Positions 1 through 9,855 are shown, counted from the stretch's first letter. The stretch is 64,000 nucleotides of DNA from a bacterium (GCA_965219955.1 OZ244799.1:3392001-3456000); one strand, 5' to 3'. Notes: generated by a model not told the origin, from the letters alone. Translations and numbers: made by a program.

Positions 1-2
1 TT

Positions 3-131
3 GCAGCCCCCGCTGCCATCATGAACGCCATCGCCGATGCGGTGGGAACCCGATTTTTCGATATCCCGGTGGGCCCGCATCACATATGCAAAGCGATCAG
101 AAAAAAGAGCGAAACACAGAAAACGCGATAG
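3..131 (+). CDS. C-terminal fragment of a xanthine dehydrogenase-family molybdopterin-binding subunit (gene starts before the window)
   Basis: Frame 3 reads AAPAAIMNAIADAVGTRFFDIPVGPHHICKAI...TR*, the typical AIxNAVxDAxGxRxxxxP C-terminus of XdhB/CoxL-type subunits. Not in the ORF track. Confidence 0.7.
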   Translation, partial: AAPAAIMNAIADAVGTRFFDIPVGPHHICKAIRKKSETQKTR

Positions 132-227
132 AATTCTTAAATTCACAGCGGAGATGAGCGCTTTCGGTTTCTTAGACTTTTTTATCGTCTTCGGGCTCGA
201 AGGCTTTAGTTGCCCTGATATGAAGTT

Positions 228-1145
228 TTATGAAACTTGTGGGACTTCGGTCTGAATGGCGCGCAGAAGATGGCCATCCAAATACCACTTCATTGCTTTG
301 ACATTCGTATCATCACTCAGAATCGTGATGGCGCCGCATCTTAGCCATTCGTTTCTTCTTGTCCGCCAAGTCCAGATAAGCACGCCTCGACAACCGTTGA
401 GCCAGACAGGGCTGAAAGTCAGCTTTTCTCCCATTTGGCCAAGAAGCTCCATACAAGCCACGGCTACAAAATCGTCCCCAGTTCTTCGCTCGTCTCGGAC
501 GACAAGCTCTACACCCGGTGACATGAGCCCTTGCATCAATACCTTGTCTCGAAATCCGAGCACCTCGACAATTCGCTCGAATACCCGCGATGCTTTTTCC
601 TGTTCATCGGTGGATGAGAAGAAAAGATTCTTTCCCCAGTATTTATGAATTTGCGCTCGTTTTTTATCCCCATTATCGGCAATTTTGAAAACCTCCTGAA
701 TTTTTACTCCCATTGCGGATGCCGCGATACGGTCACCATCTTCGACTCCGTCCCGAAGCACGACAACAGCGCGCTGTTCGGGCGTCATGTATTGGAGAGG
801 GAATAAAAACTCGAGCGCAACGCTTGGCCATACAGCACCCGCCTCTATCGATTTGGTCACGCCATTCGCACTTGAACCCATCGTTTGAATCAAATCGGGG
901 AGGTCGAACTCTTTCAACTCCAACGGTTTTTTCTCTCGCAATCGAGAAAGCGCCGCTTCCGTACATGCTGTGTACAACCACTCAGGATGATCTTCAATAT
1001 TCTCCAGGGCCGGGCCCATCTCAATCGCTCGCAACATGGTATCTTGGACGATGTCATCCGCATCCAAAATGCTGCCTGTAAGCCGATAGGCGTGTTGACG
1101 TATGACTCCCCAGTATTCTTGAGTGTATTTTTCAAGATCTATCAT
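228..1145 (-). CDS. ECF sigma-70 factor with C-terminal extension (SigJ/SigG-like, possible SnoaL-like domain)
   Basis: Region 2 AYRLTGSILDADDIVQDTMLRA...WLY, region 4 MTPEQRAVVVLRD, and a ~120 aa extension containing PVWLNGCRG. Confidence 0.7.
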   Translation of the reverse strand: MIDLEKYTQEYWGVIRQHAYRLTGSILDADDIVQDTMLRAIEMGPALENIEDHPEWLYTACTEAALSRLREKKPLELKEFDLPDLIQTMGSSANGVTKSIEAGAVWPSVALEFLFPLQYMTPEQRAVVVLRDGVEDGDRIAASAMGVKIQEVFKIADNGDKKRAQIHKYWGKNLFFSSTDEQEKASRVFERIVEVLGFRDKVLMQGLMSPGVELVVRDERRTGDDFVAVACMELLGQMGEKLTFSPVWLNGCRGVLIWTWRTRRNEWLRCGAITILSDDTNVKAMKWYLDGHLLRAIQTEVPQVS

Positions 1146-1154
1146 TATCGAAAC

Positions 1155-1832
1155 TCAGTTACTCGCAAACATCTCGCACAAGTCTGAAGCTACGAGCAAA
1201 TGCGCCTCGGTTTTGTCCCGCACATCACTTTCGCTCACTCCAGGAGCGAGTTCACGCAGCAAGAGCCCGTCGGTCTCTACCGTCATAAACGCGAGATCGG
1301 TGATGATGACATCTACTACGCTTTTACCTGTTAAAGGCAAAGAACATGCCTTTACAATCTTCGGCGCACCTCGTTTTGAAACATGCTCCATTGTGAGGAT
1401 AACTTTTCGGGCGCCCACGACGAGATCCATCGCACCGCCCATGCCGGATATCATCTTGCCAGGGATCGCCCAATTCGCCAGGTCACCATTCCCGGCGACT
1501 TCCATCGCGCCGAGTATGGTGACATCGATATGCCCACCCCTGACCATGGAAAATGACGTGGCGCTATCAAAATATGAGCCACCCGGCATAAGCGTCACGG
1601 TTTCTTTGCTGGCATTTAGAAGATCGGGATCTTCATCTCCTTCGTATGGAAATGGGCCCACACCCAACACACCGTTTTCCGAATGGATGGTGACGCCGTA
1701 TTCTTCAGGTATGTAATTACTTACCAGCGTGGGAATGCCGAGTCCGAGATTGACATACCCCCCCCGAGGCACTTCCATGGCGGCACGCTTGGCAATCTCG
1801 TGTCTGCTCAAAGGCAAATCAACTCTCCCCAA
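1155..1832 (-). CDS. scoB: 3-oxoacid CoA-transferase subunit B
   Basis: YVNLGLGIPTLV, catalytic SENG motif, GMGGAMDLV. Confidence 0.9.
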   Translation of the reverse strand: MGRVDLPLSRHEIAKRAAMEVPRGGYVNLGLGIPTLVSNYIPEEYGVTIHSENGVLGVGPFPYEGDEDPDLLNASKETVTLMPGGSYFDSATSFSMVRGGHIDVTILGAMEVAGNGDLANWAIPGKMISGMGGAMDLVVGARKVILTMEHVSKRGAPKIVKACSLPLTGKSVVDVIITDLAFMTVETDGLLLRELAPGVSESDVRDKTEAHLLVASDLCEMFASN

Positions 1833-2547
1833 GGCCCCCGCGGGGCCGATTGGTCATAATTTCGATTGGTTTCTCAAGATCTTCGCCCAAAACCACACGC
1901 TTCACGAAAATCCCGGGCGTATGCACATTTTCTGGCGCGATTTCACCGGCGGAAACAATTTCTTCAACTTCAGCGATAGTCACATCGGCGGCAGTAGCCA
2001 TGACAGGATTAAAATTCCGCGCGCTCATCCTGTATACCAGATTTCCGCGCTCGTCTCCTTTCCAAGCCTTAACGAAAGCATAATTCGCACGAATTGGTTC
2101 TTCCAAAATGTATTCTCGCCCTTGAATTATTCTCGTCTCTTTTCCTTCAGAAACGATGGTGCTTGCTCCTGTGGGCGTAAAGAAACCACCAATGCCGGCT
2201 CCACCTGCTCGAATGCGTTCTATGAATGTTCCTTGAGGCGAGAGCTCGACTTCGATTTCCCCTCTCAAAGCTTGCTCTTCATATGCTTTACAAGCCGGTC
2301 CCACACGACTGGCGACAATAGAGCGGATTTGTCGATTTTCAAACATCATACCCACTCCCCAACCGTCCACTCCACCTGCATTTGACACCAAATGGAAATC
2401 GCCGACTTCTTTTCTTTCACTCAATGCTTTACATAAATTATGGGCCATTCCGCATATACCAAACCCACCGATAAGAATGGATGCGCCTCTTGGAATATCC
2501 GAAACAGCTTCCATGGAACTCGTTATAATTTTGGACAAATGAACCAC
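1819..2547 (-). CDS. scoA: 3-oxoacid CoA-transferase subunit A
   Basis: IGGFGICG, PQGTFIERIRAGGAGIGGFFTPTG, ARNFNP; overlaps the subunit B start. Confidence 0.9.
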   Translation of the reverse strand: MVHLSKIITSSMEAVSDIPRGASILIGGFGICGMAHNLCKALSERKEVGDFHLVSNAGGVDGWGVGMMFENRQIRSIVASRVGPACKAYEEQALRGEIEVELSPQGTFIERIRAGGAGIGGFFTPTGASTIVSEGKETRIIQGREYILEEPIRANYAFVKAWKGDERGNLVYRMSARNFNPVMATAADVTIAEVEEIVSAGEIAPENVHTPGIFVKRVVLGEDLEKPIEIMTNRPRGGLGES

Positions 2548-2622
2548 CTCGATGACAAACTTTTAATTCTTCATGCTCGAATTGCGCAAGCATTTGAACA
2601 TCAATATTCTAATGTAATTTGG

Positions 2623-4833
2623 TTAGCTTTCCATCACTCTCCCCACCAAAGCTTTCACTGGCGAATATTGTTTATACACAATAACTGTTTTGTCCGTGTG
2701 TTTTGCCACGTTTTCAGGAATAGAACCAAAAAGAATCTGTTTATAGAAACTCTCCCCGGCTGCACCCATGGCAATAGCGTTATAATCTTCAGACGCTTGG
2801 ATAATTCCCACGGAAACAGATTTATGCGTGATGATTTGGCTCTCTACATGAACACTGCTCTCATCGTTGATTCGGCCTACCGCCTCACTCAGGCCTTGTT
2901 CAACGGAATATTTATGAGCTTCTCCGGCATCTGGAGAAACAACTGTCGATACAACAAGTCTGGCATTGTAAGCGCTTGCGATCGGGGCCGTGTATCGCTC
3001 TGCCAACCGTGCATGTATACCCCCGGTTGTGGGCAAGAGAATATTCTTGAATTTCATTTCACCTACAAGTTTAACCAACATAATATCCGCCCGCGCGAGA
3101 TTCACGACGTCATCGACTACCTCCCCCAATATTCGATTGGCGGTAGAAGTGTAGCCTTTCCAGCCAAGCACGATCAGATCGCAATGACGCTCCCTCGCCG
3201 TCTCAAGAATAGCGCGCGCAGGATTACGCCCGATCGTTACAAGAGAGCTGACTTTGACACCATTTGACTTGGCTCGAACATGGGCCTGCTCCAAAATTCG
3301 TCTTTCTCGTTCAACGTATGAATTCTCGCGACTCGTTGGTGCCTGCTCAGGCAAAGTTACAACCCTCATGGCGACGATTTCACCGTCATTTTCTTTGGCA
3401 ATCGCCGAGGCCAGATCTATCAAGGGCGCAACATTTGTCGGATTTGCGATGGGAACCAACACGCGGAAATCGCTCTCCTGACCCTCCATACTGACCTGTG
3501 CTATGCGGGACGGTTCACCCGGCAAGGATTCCTCCTCAGCCTGAGAGCCTTTCCAGGCCAGAAAACCAAGCATCCCCACGATCAACCATAATACGGCCAT
3601 GATAACGGGCTCAGGGTGCTGCAGTATCAATGAAAGCAAATATATATTTGCGGCAATCCCTATCAGTGGCAACAATGGTACAAAGGGAACACGGAAATGT
3701 CTTAGCAGGTTTGGAAATTTTCTCCGGTGATAGATAAGTGCTGCATTCACTAGAATCAGTGCCAACAAGAGAATGGTGTCCGCAAAGTGCGCCAGCTTCT
3801 CCAAGTGAAAACTTTGTGCAAAAACAACTATTGTTCCTCCCACTAGAATAAGCGAGATAATAGGAGTGCGTGTCTTTGGATTGATAGCAGCGATACCAGA
3901 GGGTAAATGTCCTAGCTGGGCCATGGACAAAACGACTCGCGAACCCGCCAAAATCGATGCATTAGATGCCGAAATCATTGAGAAAAGCGCACCAACGACA
4001 ATTACCATCCCCCCAATGGGGCCCAGGAAAAGACGTGCCGCATTGCCCATCGCCGCTTCCGTATATTCTGTGAGATTCGCGGCAATGATGACAAAAACTA
4101 CAAATGTATAAAGAATCGTGACGATCGTCATGGAAAGAAATATCGCGCGAGGAATTGTTTTCGTGGGATTCGTGACTTCTCCAGCCGATGCTGCAATTGC
4201 AGAAAAACCAAAAAAAGTAATAAAAACCAAACCGGCCGTCGCGCCGATCTTTGGAATGTCCGTGCTCATTCTCTCGACAAGGGCTTTTGTATCCAAATTC
4301 CCTAGCCCTCCATATACAAACCAAACTAAAAGTATAACCTTTCCAGCAGTAATGAAGATTTGAAAACGAGCCGACTCCTTAGTTCCCTTGATATTAAGCA
4401 ATACGAGACAAATGAGTCCTATAGTTCCCGATATTTGCTCATAAGGAGAATGCCAAACGAATTCATTGAAATAAGAAGAAAGGCTGCTGATGTAGAAAGC
4501 GCATGAAGAAGTGTAGCCAAGCACCAACGTCCATCCAACAAGATAGGCGAGCGGGGGAGGAAAGGTTCTTCTCGCATAGAGATACCCTTCCCCGGATTCG
4601 GGATACAGAGATGAGAATTCACAATAAGTGAGCGCGGTGAACCCAGCGATAAACGCAGCTACGAGAAAAGCGATGACGGCTGATGAGCCTACATCCCGGA
4701 CCGCAAGGCCGGATAGAGTGAAAATACCAGCCGCTATCATTGTTCCGACGCCGATCGAAAGTGCGGATGCGAGTCCTAAATCTCGACTGAGTTCGGTCTC
4801 AATATGCAGATTGCTGCCGTTTCGTTTGTTCAT
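2623..4833 (-). CDS. APC-family amino acid permease fused to two universal stress protein (USP) domains
   Basis: IGVGTMIAAGIF, many TM segments, then RVLVPIANP and NILLPTTGG USP repeats ending ILFGSIPENVAK. Start placed at ATG 4833, which overlaps the upstream stop (ATGA). Confidence 0.9.
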   Translation of the reverse strand: MNKRNGSNLHIETELSRDLGLASALSIGVGTMIAAGIFTLSGLAVRDVGSSAVIAFLVAAFIAGFTALTYCEFSSLYPESGEGYLYARRTFPPPLAYLVGWTLVLGYTSSCAFYISSLSSYFNEFVWHSPYEQISGTIGLICLVLLNIKGTKESARFQIFITAGKVILLVWFVYGGLGNLDTKALVERMSTDIPKIGATAGLVFITFFGFSAIAASAGEVTNPTKTIPRAIFLSMTIVTILYTFVVFVIIAANLTEYTEAAMGNAARLFLGPIGGMVIVVGALFSMISASNASILAGSRVVLSMAQLGHLPSGIAAINPKTRTPIISLILVGGTIVVFAQSFHLEKLAHFADTILLLALILVNAALIYHRRKFPNLLRHFRVPFVPLLPLIGIAANIYLLSLILQHPEPVIMAVLWLIVGMLGFLAWKGSQAEEESLPGEPSRIAQVSMEGQESDFRVLVPIANPTNVAPLIDLASAIAKENDGEIVAMRVVTLPEQAPTSRENSYVERERRILEQAHVRAKSNGVKVSSLVTIGRNPARAILETARERHCDLIVLGWKGYTSTANRILGEVVDDVVNLARADIMLVKLVGEMKFKNILLPTTGGIHARLAERYTAPIASAYNARLVVSTVVSPDAGEAHKYSVEQGLSEAVGRINDESSVHVESQIITHKSVSVGIIQASEDYNAIAMGAAGESFYKQILFGSIPENVAKHTDKTVIVYKQYSPVKALVGRVMES

Positions 4834-5693
4834 TTCAGATCTGCCAGGAAATCCTTCAGTTCTTTTTGCACGATGGCTGGCGCAGATACGCTCGGGAAAT
4901 GGCCGGCTTTCGCACATACGGCCACTCTTGATTTCGTGGGTAGTACATTCATCAATAATTTCTCTGATCTCTCGCTGAATCGCTTGCTCTCCCCTCCACG
5001 AATAACCAGAGAAGGGCACTTTGTTCTGTTCGCCCAGAAAACGGGGTCGTAATCACTCGCGGAGGAGGCCTGAAATTCACGCAATCTCAGGATTCTGCTT
5101 TTCTCAAAAGGAACCCTCCAAGCGCCGTCTGCGCCATCGCGTACCAAAACATCGCTTAAGAATCGTCTCGTCCTGGCGGGTGGCCAGTTTCCTTCTTCGC
5201 TCTCCAGGGTGAATTTCTGCGCCTGCGCGAGATTCTTGAACTCCATCGGGCGACTTCGAGACGCCTCCAGGTTCGCACTGGCGCCCAAAACATCACGCAC
5301 TGTCGGGTCCACCAACACGGTCGCGGCGACGCGATCCGGGCGTTTCGCAGCGACGGCCAAGGCGATTGAAGCGGCGAAGGAATGCCCCATCACCACGAAG
5401 CGGTCCAGTAAAAGCGCGTCGGCCAAGCCAATTACGTCTCTGGCAAAATCAGCTGCGGCGTCACCCGCACCCCGGTCATCCGTTCTTCCGAATCCTCTTA
5501 GATCCGGGCATATCATGCGTATCGAGCCCGCGCCTTCCGCCGTAGCGTTCCACATGCCACTCTGAATCAGCGAACCATGCAATGCGATAACGGGAAGGAA
5601 AATACTTTTCTTCGCCGGTCTCCAGTCCCGGAAAAACATTTGGAAATTCGAGATCGTCTCGAAACCAGCATACCAGCCACCTTTACTGCGCAT
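4830..5693 (-). CDS. Alpha/beta fold hydrolase
   Basis: LHG oxyanion motif, DLRGFGRT, nucleophile elbow GHSFA, C-terminal AGHF. Confidence 0.9.
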   Translation of the reverse strand: MRSKGGWYAGFETISNFQMFFRDWRPAKKSIFLPVIALHGSLIQSGMWNATAEGAGSIRMICPDLRGFGRTDDRGAGDAAADFARDVIGLADALLLDRFVVMGHSFAASIALAVAAKRPDRVAATVLVDPTVRDVLGASANLEASRSRPMEFKNLAQAQKFTLESEEGNWPPARTRRFLSDVLVRDGADGAWRVPFEKSRILRLREFQASSASDYDPVFWANRTKCPSLVIRGGESKRFSERSEKLLMNVLPTKSRVAVCAKAGHFPSVSAPAIVQKELKDFLADLK

Positions 5694-5911
5694 ATGAACC
5701 TCTTGAGATGAGAACGTGAAATTATGTAAGGAATTTTCTCAAACCGGGAAATCGATAACTCACTCTCCTGTTGAAGGATTGGCCGATAAACCACAATCCG
5801 CCCATTCTGCAAACCACCGGACTTCAGGCCTCATAAGGCACGAGCGAAAAAACCCCGCTCCCCGATATTCCATCTTATTCTATGGCTTTTTGGTCGTAGA
5901 TCGGAAATCGC

Positions 5912-6496
5912 TCAGGAAGAATCACCCGTATAGGAAATCGAGACGCGGCGAGCATGAAAGCGGTTTTTTTCACCGTTGACGGGCTCGAAGAAATGACACG
6001 CTTCCAAGTCGCGCGGGTACACATGAACCGAAACCGCCACATCGTTACGCCGGTTCCGCACCGTATGGATGTCAGCGCAACCGCAAACCGAGTTCCGCGT
6101 TCCGGCCGAAGGGTTGTGCGGCGCATCGTTTCTCAACTCGATCTCACCTTCGGCGATTTCCCCATCCGCAAAATAATTAACGACTTCCAGGCCGCCTTCC
6201 ACCATGCCGAGCATTCCCCAGGCGCCGTCATGATCGTGAATCGGGGTGCCCTGCCCGGGCTTCCACACCATGGCCGCCACGACGAAGCGCTCCTCGGGGT
6301 CGCGGTACAGCAGGTGCCGCGCATACCCTTCATCGGAGGGCTCGAGCGCCTCGGGCGGAAGGAAAGAACCCGCGTCCAGCAAGCGTTTCAGGGGAGGCTC
6401 GGCGGCGCGAATGAAATCCCGCCCATGTGCGCCGTTTTCGTAGATGTCAGACAACTCCTCGGCGAGGCGTGTGATGGGGGTGGTGACTGCGTCCAT
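5912..6496 (-). CDS. Cysteine/thiol dioxygenase family protein (cupin)
   Basis: GYARHLLY (Arg-type), TPIHDH Fe ligands, third His in DIHTVRN, SVHVY outer-sphere triad. Confidence 0.85.
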   Translation of the reverse strand: MDAVTTPITRLAEELSDIYENGAHGRDFIRAAEPPLKRLLDAGSFLPPEALEPSDEGYARHLLYRDPEERFVVAAMVWKPGQGTPIHDHDGAWGMLGMVEGGLEVVNYFADGEIAEGEIELRNDAPHNPSAGTRNSVCGCADIHTVRNRRNDVAVSVHVYPRDLEACHFFEPVNGEKNRFHARRVSISYTGDSS

Positions 6497-6544
6497 GGCG
6501 GCCTCCTGATCGATGGAATCGGGGTAACGCCTTCATTATCAATA

Positions 6545-6568
6545 CGATAAACAGCCTGTTTTTTATCG
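6545..6568. promoter_or_regulatory. Inverted repeat in an AT-rich promoter region, possible regulator operator
   Basis: CGATAAA-N10-TTTATCG lies about 50 bp upstream of the dioxygenase start; further TTATC half-sites follow to about 6600. Confidence 0.3.
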
Positions 6569-6675
6569 GAAAACCTCGTGAATTTATCTGATTTTATCGA
6601 TATTTTCAGAAATTACAATTTTCATTAAATGGACAATTTCCATTGTTTCGCCGCCAGTCTCCTGCCCCCGAAAAC

Positions 6676-7476
6676 TCACCAGGGATGGTCCCGCTCAACC
6701 AGCGTTCCCGGCGCCTTGGCCGTCTCGAGCAACCCGATCATATCATACAGCACGGCGCGCTGCTGTTCAAGATTTCCCGCTTTGCCGAAAGGATGCCCCA
6801 GCGGCCAGGGCACGAACACGGCACGCGGCGGGCAAAGCCCGGCCGTTATCTCCTTCACGATGCTCACCGAGACGGTGGCGAGCCCCTCCCGTTCCACCGC
6901 GTTCTGAATCAGCCCGACCGAGCGGTTGCAAAGCCCTCAGGCGGGCGCCAGCAGCGCGGCCTCCGCCCCCGCCTCGCGCAGCCGCCGCGCCGCGGCAGGC
7001 GCCGTCTCCTCCACGAGCCGCTCCACGAGTTCCGCATCGATGTGGCCCATGAAGCTCAAATGAACCGGCGAGACCCCGCCAATCGCCCCCTCCGCCGCCA
7101 TCTCGGCGAGCCGCTCGTGCGGGAAGACGACGTTCAGGTCCCTGTCCGCCCCCCGGTGGTCGTAGTAATCGTGCGTTATCGTCATCTCATCGCGCGCGGC
7201 GTCGCCCGGAATCTCGCGGAACGTCGGGTCGCCGTCGGGGTTTTCCATGTCGAAGGGTTCTTGCGTCTTGAGGTGCACCCCGCCCGTCGTCACCAGCGCG
7301 ACTTTGCACTCGCGGACGGGCTTCACGAGCGGCGTCCAGGGCGTGAACGCGGGCCCCGCGCGCCAGCCGGCCATCTCGGCGGAGAAATCCTTGGCCCCCG
7401 CCCATTTTTTCACCAGGCCCGGATAGCGCGTGAGCAGACGCGCCACCATCCTGTCCTTCCACCTGCGCAAGCTCAT
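6676..7476 (-). CDS. Glycine/betaine/sarcosine/D-proline reductase selenoprotein B family protein (Sec at UGA 6937-6939)
   Basis: The two track ORFs are in one frame and joined by TGA: ...ALLAPA-U-GLCNRSVGLIQNAVEREGLATVSVS...PPRAVFVPWPLGHPFG. Family motifs VALVTTGGVH, GDPTFREIP, HDYYDH, DLNVVFP. AGGA precedes ATG 7476. Confidence 0.85.
6908..6936 (-). promoter_or_regulatory. Candidate bacterial SECIS element
   Basis: 3' of the UGA a short stem GCUC/GGGC closes a GGUC loop that starts about 18 nt after the codon, with G first in the loop. This fits the loose bSECIS consensus. Confidence 0.45.
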
Positions 7477-7619
7477 CGGGGTTTCCTGTCGGCTATCGTT
7501 TCCAGAATCAACCAGCGCGCTCACTATCGCATGACCCGCCGGAAAACCCCAGGGCTACCGGCGACCGGAAAAGCTATGCGCTGAGCGCCTCACCCGGAAG
7601 ATAAAAAGGGCGCGGTTTG

Positions 7620-8420
7620 GTAGGGACAACCCTCCGTGGTTGTCCATGTCGGAGGGTCGCCGGTTCCGTAGGGGCGGACCCGTGTGTCCGCCCGCGCGTT
7701 TCGTTTTCGTCCATCATGCCAGGGCAGGGACAGGCCCCTGTGCCTGTCCGAGGTCGCGGCCTGCTCCTACGAGACGGTGCGATTTTGTTCGTCATTCCGG
7801 TGTCGGAGCCGACCAATACGGGAGGGTTCGACGGAATCCATTTGTTTTGCCTTTGTTCCTGGTTTTCTGATCGATTCGCGCCAATGACGGGGAGATGAAA
7901 AGCCGTAGTATTATCATTCTGCTTGAAAATGGATTCCGGCATACGCCGGAATGACGGGCAAAGGCGAAAATCTCCACTCCTTCAGGTCGGGTCCTTTCCC
8001 CTAAACTGGAATCACTCCCCTTTCGAGACTCTATTCCAGATGAAAAGGAGGATTGTGTTTTCGTAGGGACAGCCCTCTGTGCCTGTCCTGACGGAGCTTT
8101 CCCGAGGAGGGGCTGTTGAAAAAGCCCCTGAGAGAGTAATAGCGAACCCCTTGAAAGGGAAGCTTCATAAAGGCACCCCCCCCTACCCCCCTTATCGGGG
8201 TTGTTGAAAAAGCCTGTTTCGGGATCGGCGGCAAGGAGGTTCACGCGGCGCAGACGTGATGGTTTTGTAGGGACAGGCCTCCGTGCCTGTCCTGACGAAG
8301 GACAACCACGGAGGGTTGTCCCTACAACCGCCAATCCTCCTTTATCGGACTTTTTCAACAGCCCCTTGAGGGGGAGTGATATTTTGCACGCTCCTTCTGT
8401 GGGCTTTTTCAATAACCCCA
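7620..8420. repeat. Composite intergenic repeat cluster (GTAG-type REPs, CGTC-type pair, MITE termini)
   Basis: GTAGG+palindrome units at ~7620, 7668, 8063 and 8267-8325; CGTCATTCCGG...CCGGAATGACG at 7790/7931; TGTTGAAAAA termini at ~8110, 8197, 8351 and 8405. Confidence 0.85.
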
Positions 8421-8656
8421 TTATGAGGTGGCGCCGTTTTGTTCATCTTCCGGCGCGGGGCAAAATGATCAGAAATCTCAAGCTCATGTTATCTGCTCCC
8501 TTTTTCCAATTCGAACGAATACAACCAGACTCAGCGAGCAATATCGCTTTCGCCTCATCGGATTCCCCGGATGACAAGGGTCGCCCCGGTTTGTAAACTG
8601 CCCGGCGGCAAATGACATATTCACCGATGACGCCTGACGAATGAGATAAAGGAACC

Positions 8657-8839
8657 ATGGCGCGAACAGGAACGAAAAAAGCTCAGGATACAGACAACGG
8701 AGCCACGACGGGCTATGAGCGTGAGCTTTGGCAGATGGGCGACGCGGACGTCCGCTCAAAGGACGTTCTCGGCCGCGTCTACGAGTATTTCCTCTCGCAG
8801 TTCGCGAGCGCCGAGGGCAAGACTTTCGAAACAACATAA
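8657..8839 (+). pseudogene. hsdM: Internally deleted and truncated type I RM methyltransferase (HsdM) remnant
   Basis: The HsdM N-terminus [14 protein letters not shown] is joined directly to the much later motif [22 protein letters not shown]; the ORF stops before GEFYTP. Confidence 0.8.
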
Positions 8840-9154
8840 GGCGAACATCGTCTACTGATTGCAAGAAAAATTTGAATCCTTCATGCTTCATCTTCATTCC
8901 AGCCAGACATTCAGTGAAGACGAACCAGGCGATATCGAAGCCAAAATGAGAAAACCTGGCCAGGATTTATAGGATACAGGCGGCTGATCCGGATGCGCCC
9001 TTGATCTTCCAGCCGGGGGTGCTGAATGAAAGGTTCGTCAGAACCTGGGATTGAGGAGGCCGCCCTCGACTGCCGCACCGCACATGCGTTTTCCCCCATT
9101 TGACGACGACCGACAATATAGTCTATATTGAACTATATTTTGTCTGAGGGAGCC

Positions 9155-9439
9155 ATGGCCGAACAACATCCCAAACCCCATCGAGTCTGGACCGTCGCCG
9201 AAGCCAAGGCGCGCCTGTCCGAAGTGTTGCGCCGCGCCGAGGAGGAGGGGCCGCAGCACATCGGCACGAGGCGGCCCTTTGTGGTCGTGCCCGCCGGGAA
9301 GTGGTACGCGAAAGAGTCGCCCCGCAAGCCCATGGGGCGGTGGCTGGTCGAGAACATACCGCGCGGCGCGAACCTGGAGATTCCGGGGACGAGAAGCTCC
9401 CGGAGAGAGATACCCTTCGCGGGCGGCGAGGCCGAATGA
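9155..9439 (+). CDS. Phd/YefM-type (prevent-host-death) antitoxin
   Basis: WTVAEAKARLSEVLRRAEEEGPQHI; stop overlaps the toxin ATG. Confidence 0.85.
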   Translation: MAEQHPKPHRVWTVAEAKARLSEVLRRAEEEGPQHIGTRRPFVVVPAGKWYAKESPRKPMGRWLVENIPRGANLEIPGTRSSRREIPFAGGEAE

Positions 9440-9855
9440 GCGGGTTCCTGCTCGACACGAACGTCATCTCGGAGTTGACGAAGGACGCGCCGCACTCGGG
9501 GGTGACGGCGTTCCTCGCCGACGCTGAGGATCTGTGGCTGTCCGCCGTCGTTCTGCACGAGTTGGACTTCGGCGTCGAACTGCTCCCGCCCGGACACCGC
9601 CGCGAGGGAATCAGCGCGGTGCTCTCCACGTTCGTTTCGGAATACGCGGACAGGGTGCTGCCGGTGGGCCGGCCCGAAGCCGCCCGGGCCGCAACCCTGA
9701 GGGCGCGGGCGCATCGCGCGGGCCGCGTCCTGGATATGGGGGACGCGCTCATCGCGGGGACGGCGGTGGCGCATGCGCTATCGATTGCGACGAGAAACGT
9801 CCGCGATTTCGACGGCCTCGACATCGACGTCGTGAACCCCTGGGATGCGCCGTAA
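9436..9855 (+). CDS. vapC: VapC PIN-domain toxin
   Basis: FLLDTNVISE...DALIAGTA...ATRNVRDF...NPW. Confidence 0.92.
   Translation: MSGFLLDTNVISELTKDAPHSGVTAFLADAEDLWLSAVVLHELDFGVELLPPGHRREGISAVLSTFVSEYADRVLPVGRPEAARAATLRARAHRAGRVLDMGDALIAGTAVAHALSIATRNVRDFDGLDIDVVNPWDAP

Noticed and set aside
6676-7524. Reading the two ORFs as separate genes or as a pseudogene
   Set aside because: The single in-frame TGA falls at the family's UxxC position, so Sec read-through is the simpler explanation.
7574-8596. Short ORFs with recurring peptides (GLLKK, FFNSP, VGTGLRACP) here and at 17037-17469, 31773-32293, 37401-38764 and 44705-45310
   Set aside because: These are translations of the MITE termini and REP modules, not genes.
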